Positions 22,032 through 24,000 of a DNA stretch of 24,000 nucleotides are shown piece by piece (positions within the stretch are counted from its first letter, which is position 1; every line of letters begins with the position of its first letter). The position numbers and the translations under genes were made by a program. Source of the stretch: Candidatus Kaiserbacteria bacterium (GTDB taxonomy: Bacteria > Patescibacteriota > Minisyncoccia > Phycocordibacterales > UBA2100). The DNA is taken from contig JACRFJ010000001.1 in NCBI GenBank assembly GCA_016217935.1, positions 1 through 24,000 on the forward strand, written 5' to 3'. The notes below the pieces were generated by a model. The model was given only the letters and a program-made list of their open reading frames with translations. It was not told the origin of the DNA and did no database searches.

Positions 22032-22742
22032 CTATCGGCTCTGTCGCTGCATGAGTATTGCCTCGATGCGCTCAAGGTCTTCTTTGAAATCGATATCCGA
22101 TGAATAGATCTCGGGGAGGATCACCGGATAGTTCTTCCTTCCTTCGAGCTTTCCCTCTTTGATCACCGTGTCATAGCTCGAGAGCCAGAGGTTTGCGGCA
22201 TGATAAAACTTTGGCCGATCGTTGCTCACGCAATTGTAGTGCAGATCGTGGTGCCAAAACTTGATTGAGCCATCGGCTAAGATCTCGCGCACATTGTAAG
22301 GATGATTGATCGTATCGACTTCTGAGACAGTGACCACCGAATCCGCATTTTTCTCATAGGCAAGTTGTATCGCCGTATCAATCTGTTCTGGTTCGATAAT
22401 CGGTGTCGACGGTTGAAGCAGTACAGCATAATCCGCGTGATAGCCTTCCTTTTTCTCGAGCTCCCGAAGCGTGTATGTGATCGTCTCGACTACTTTCGAT
22501 GTCTCGGTCGCAAGTTCTGCAGGACGAGAAAAAGGAAATTCTGCGCCATATTCTTGCGCGACTTTTGCGATACGCTCGTCGTCTGTCGAAACGATGATGC
22601 GGTCAACGAGCTTCGCTTTTTTCGCCGCGATAATCGGATGCGCGACAAGTGGAATGCCGAGGAGTGGGTGAGTGTTCTTTCCTGGGAATCGCTTGCTCCC
22701 TCCGCGAGCTGGTACGACCACGATCGTCTTTTTCTCGCTCAT
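22032..22742 (-). CDS. neuA: Acylneuraminate cytidylyltransferase (CMP-nonulosonate synthetase), NeuA family
   Basis: 236 aa: IVVVPARGGSKRFPGKNTHPLLGIPLV, IIVSTDDERIA, LLQPSTP. Its ATG overlaps the upstream gene stop (ATGA at 22742-22739). Confidence 0.9.
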   Translation of the reverse strand: MSEKKTIVVVPARGGSKRFPGKNTHPLLGIPLVAHPIIAAKKAKLVDRIIVSTDDERIAKVAQEYGAEFPFSRPAELATETSKVVETITYTLRELEKKEGYHADYAVLLQPSTPIIEPEQIDTAIQLAYEKNADSVVTVSEVDTINHPYNVREILADGSIKFWHHDLHYNCVSNDRPKFYHAANLWLSSYDTVIKEGKLEGRKNYPVILPEIYSSDIDFKEDLERIEAILMQRQSR

Positions 22743-24000
22743 ACTGAGAGTATCTCACGAAGTTTCTCGGCAATCCTTCTCGCAGATTTGCCGTCCGTGT
22801 ACACGACCTCTTCGCGCACGACCCTCTCTCGCCCCGCTTTATCGAGAGACGAATTCTCGCGATAGGCACGTAGGCCAGCCATGATCTCGTCGACTGTTCT
22901 CGCGATTTTCATACCGCCCGATTGTGTCATCGGCGAAAAGTGATTCGTGTGGTAATAGCGCTCACTTGAGAGATAGAAAGGTTTTTGTTTTTTGCCGTCA
23001 CTCGCAATGCCGATCATAGGCCTGTCGAGCAGCGCAACCTCGATGCCGATCGTGGATGCCATGTGGAGCACGACGTCGGCATGCTGGATGGAATTGAGCA
23101 AAAACTTCAGATCTTCTGGCTCAAACTCCCATCCGCCAGAAGTATCATGTACTTTCTTGTGCGATTCGGCGATCACAATCTTCTGAGAGTCTTTCGCTAC
23201 ATCGACGCACCACCCGTAATTGGGATGCGGACGATACACGAGCTTCACGTGCTTAAACGAATCATCACGCATCATTCGCTCATGGAGCATCGCGAGTACG
23301 TCGCACTCATCGGGAAAGAGGTCGAGTCCACCGCCCGTAAAAAGAATGTAACGCTCCTCATGAGGTACATTGATTGTGTGCAACCACTCATCGCGCGGCA
23401 TGATGAGCGATGAATTGAAGTAAAAATCAAATTGCGGAATGCCGACAATCGAGAGTCGATCTTCGCGCATGTCGCTGTATGTTATCGATTCGGCGCGTGT
23501 AATTTGATTTTGCACGAGCATATAATCCGGCTTTATCGGCGTAAAGCATTTCGAGGTAATGCTATCCCATGATTTGGGCATACCGACAATTCTCACTCCG
23601 CGTTTGCGAGCCGCTTTCATGAGTCCCAAATCCATACGATCAAAGAGAGTTGTCGCAAATATGAGATCCGGTTTGTGCTGATCAATGATTGGAAGGTACG
23701 CGGCGTATGGAGTCAGCGTGTAGAGCAGGCGTAAAAACTCGCGCCATATACGCATATGCCCGAGGAGCCATAAGATGCGAGTGGAAACAAACCACAGCCA
23801 CCGCACGAGGCCAGACTTCGAGTAAAAGGCATGCATCTGGCGGTTATAAATCGTGGTCGAAGGGATGCTCTGCCGCAAAAACTGATGCGCTATCCCCTCG
23901 AATCGCTTGTACCGATCATACGGGGCAGACTCAACAACAATTTCGCTCCTCCCGACAAATTCCTTCGCATAGTACGCATGTTTGAAGGGCGGTACAAGAA
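22739..24000 (-). CDS. GT-B-fold transferase-like protein (TagF / capsule / sialyltransferase-like, HP motif), 5'-partial
   Basis: The frame stays open upstream of the track's TTG start (23878) to the window edge (...LVPPFKHAYYAKEFVGRSEIVVESAPYDRYKRFEGIAHQFLRQS...). C-terminal half: ILFTGGG, KLVYRPHPNY, ADVVLHMASTIGIEVALLDRPMIGI. The function call is tentative. Confidence 0.7.
   Translation of the reverse strand, partial: LVPPFKHAYYAKEFVGRSEIVVESAPYDRYKRFEGIAHQFLRQSIPSTTIYNRQMHAFYSKSGLVRWLWFVSTRILWLLGHMRIWREFLRLLYTLTPYAAYLPIIDQHKPDLIFATTLFDRMDLGLMKAARKRGVRIVGMPKSWDSITSKCFTPIKPDYMLVQNQITRAESITYSDMREDRLSIVGIPQFDFYFNSSLIMPRDEWLHTINVPHEERYILFTGGGLDLFPDECDVLAMLHERMMRDDSFKHVKLVYRPHPNYGWCVDVAKDSQKIVIAESHKKVHDTSGGWEFEPEDLKFLLNSIQHADVVLHMASTIGIEVALLDRPMIGIASDGKKQKPFYLSSERYYHTNHFSPMTQSGGMKIARTVDEIMAGLRAYRENSSLDKAGRERVVREEVVYTDGKSARRIAEKLREILSV

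Overview
All supported genes in this 24-kb window lie on the minus strand (17 protein genes plus one candidate mini-ORF). From left to right: (1) An ORF of more than 1080 codons (1..3251) that the ORF track misses because it runs off the left edge. It encodes a single-pass membrane protein with an HTH_17/excisionase-like N-terminus and a huge Thr/Asn-rich, tail-fibre-like repeat ectodomain. (2) A paralogous membrane protein with two copies of the same HTH-like module. (3) Housekeeping gatB and secA, each followed by an intrinsic terminator. (4) A 655-bp spacer with no conventional gene. It holds a 16-codon Lys/Arg mini-ORF with its own terminator and a densely structured segment (candidate ncRNA). 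(5) A surface-glycan locus of about 14.5 kb: Wzy_C/O-antigen-ligase-like protein with TPR tail, UGM-like flavoprotein, DUF218-like protein, GtrA, GT-C/GT39 transferase, NeuB, SqdB, APS-reductase-type CysH, SDR epimerase, NeuC, an orphan higher-GC gene, NeuA, and a GT-B transferase-like gene that runs off the right edge. The most interesting signals are these. A UDP-sulfoquinovose synthase sits next to a sulfite-producing Fe-S sulfonucleotide reductase inside a NeuC/NeuB/NeuA nonulosonic-acid pathway. A 136-bp MITE-like element (21/22-nt terminal inverted repeats, CATA direct repeats) is inserted exactly at the sqdB start codon. Two higher-GC genes carry perfect Shine-Dalgarno sites and their own hairpins in an otherwise SD-poor operon. 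The giant sequon-rich membrane fibre is a plausible glycosylation substrate. Taxonomy cannot be set from this window. The compact, SD-poor, one-strand layout and the protein types resemble Patescibacteria/CPR, but that is inference only. No rRNA, tRNA, CRISPR array or transposase gene was seen.
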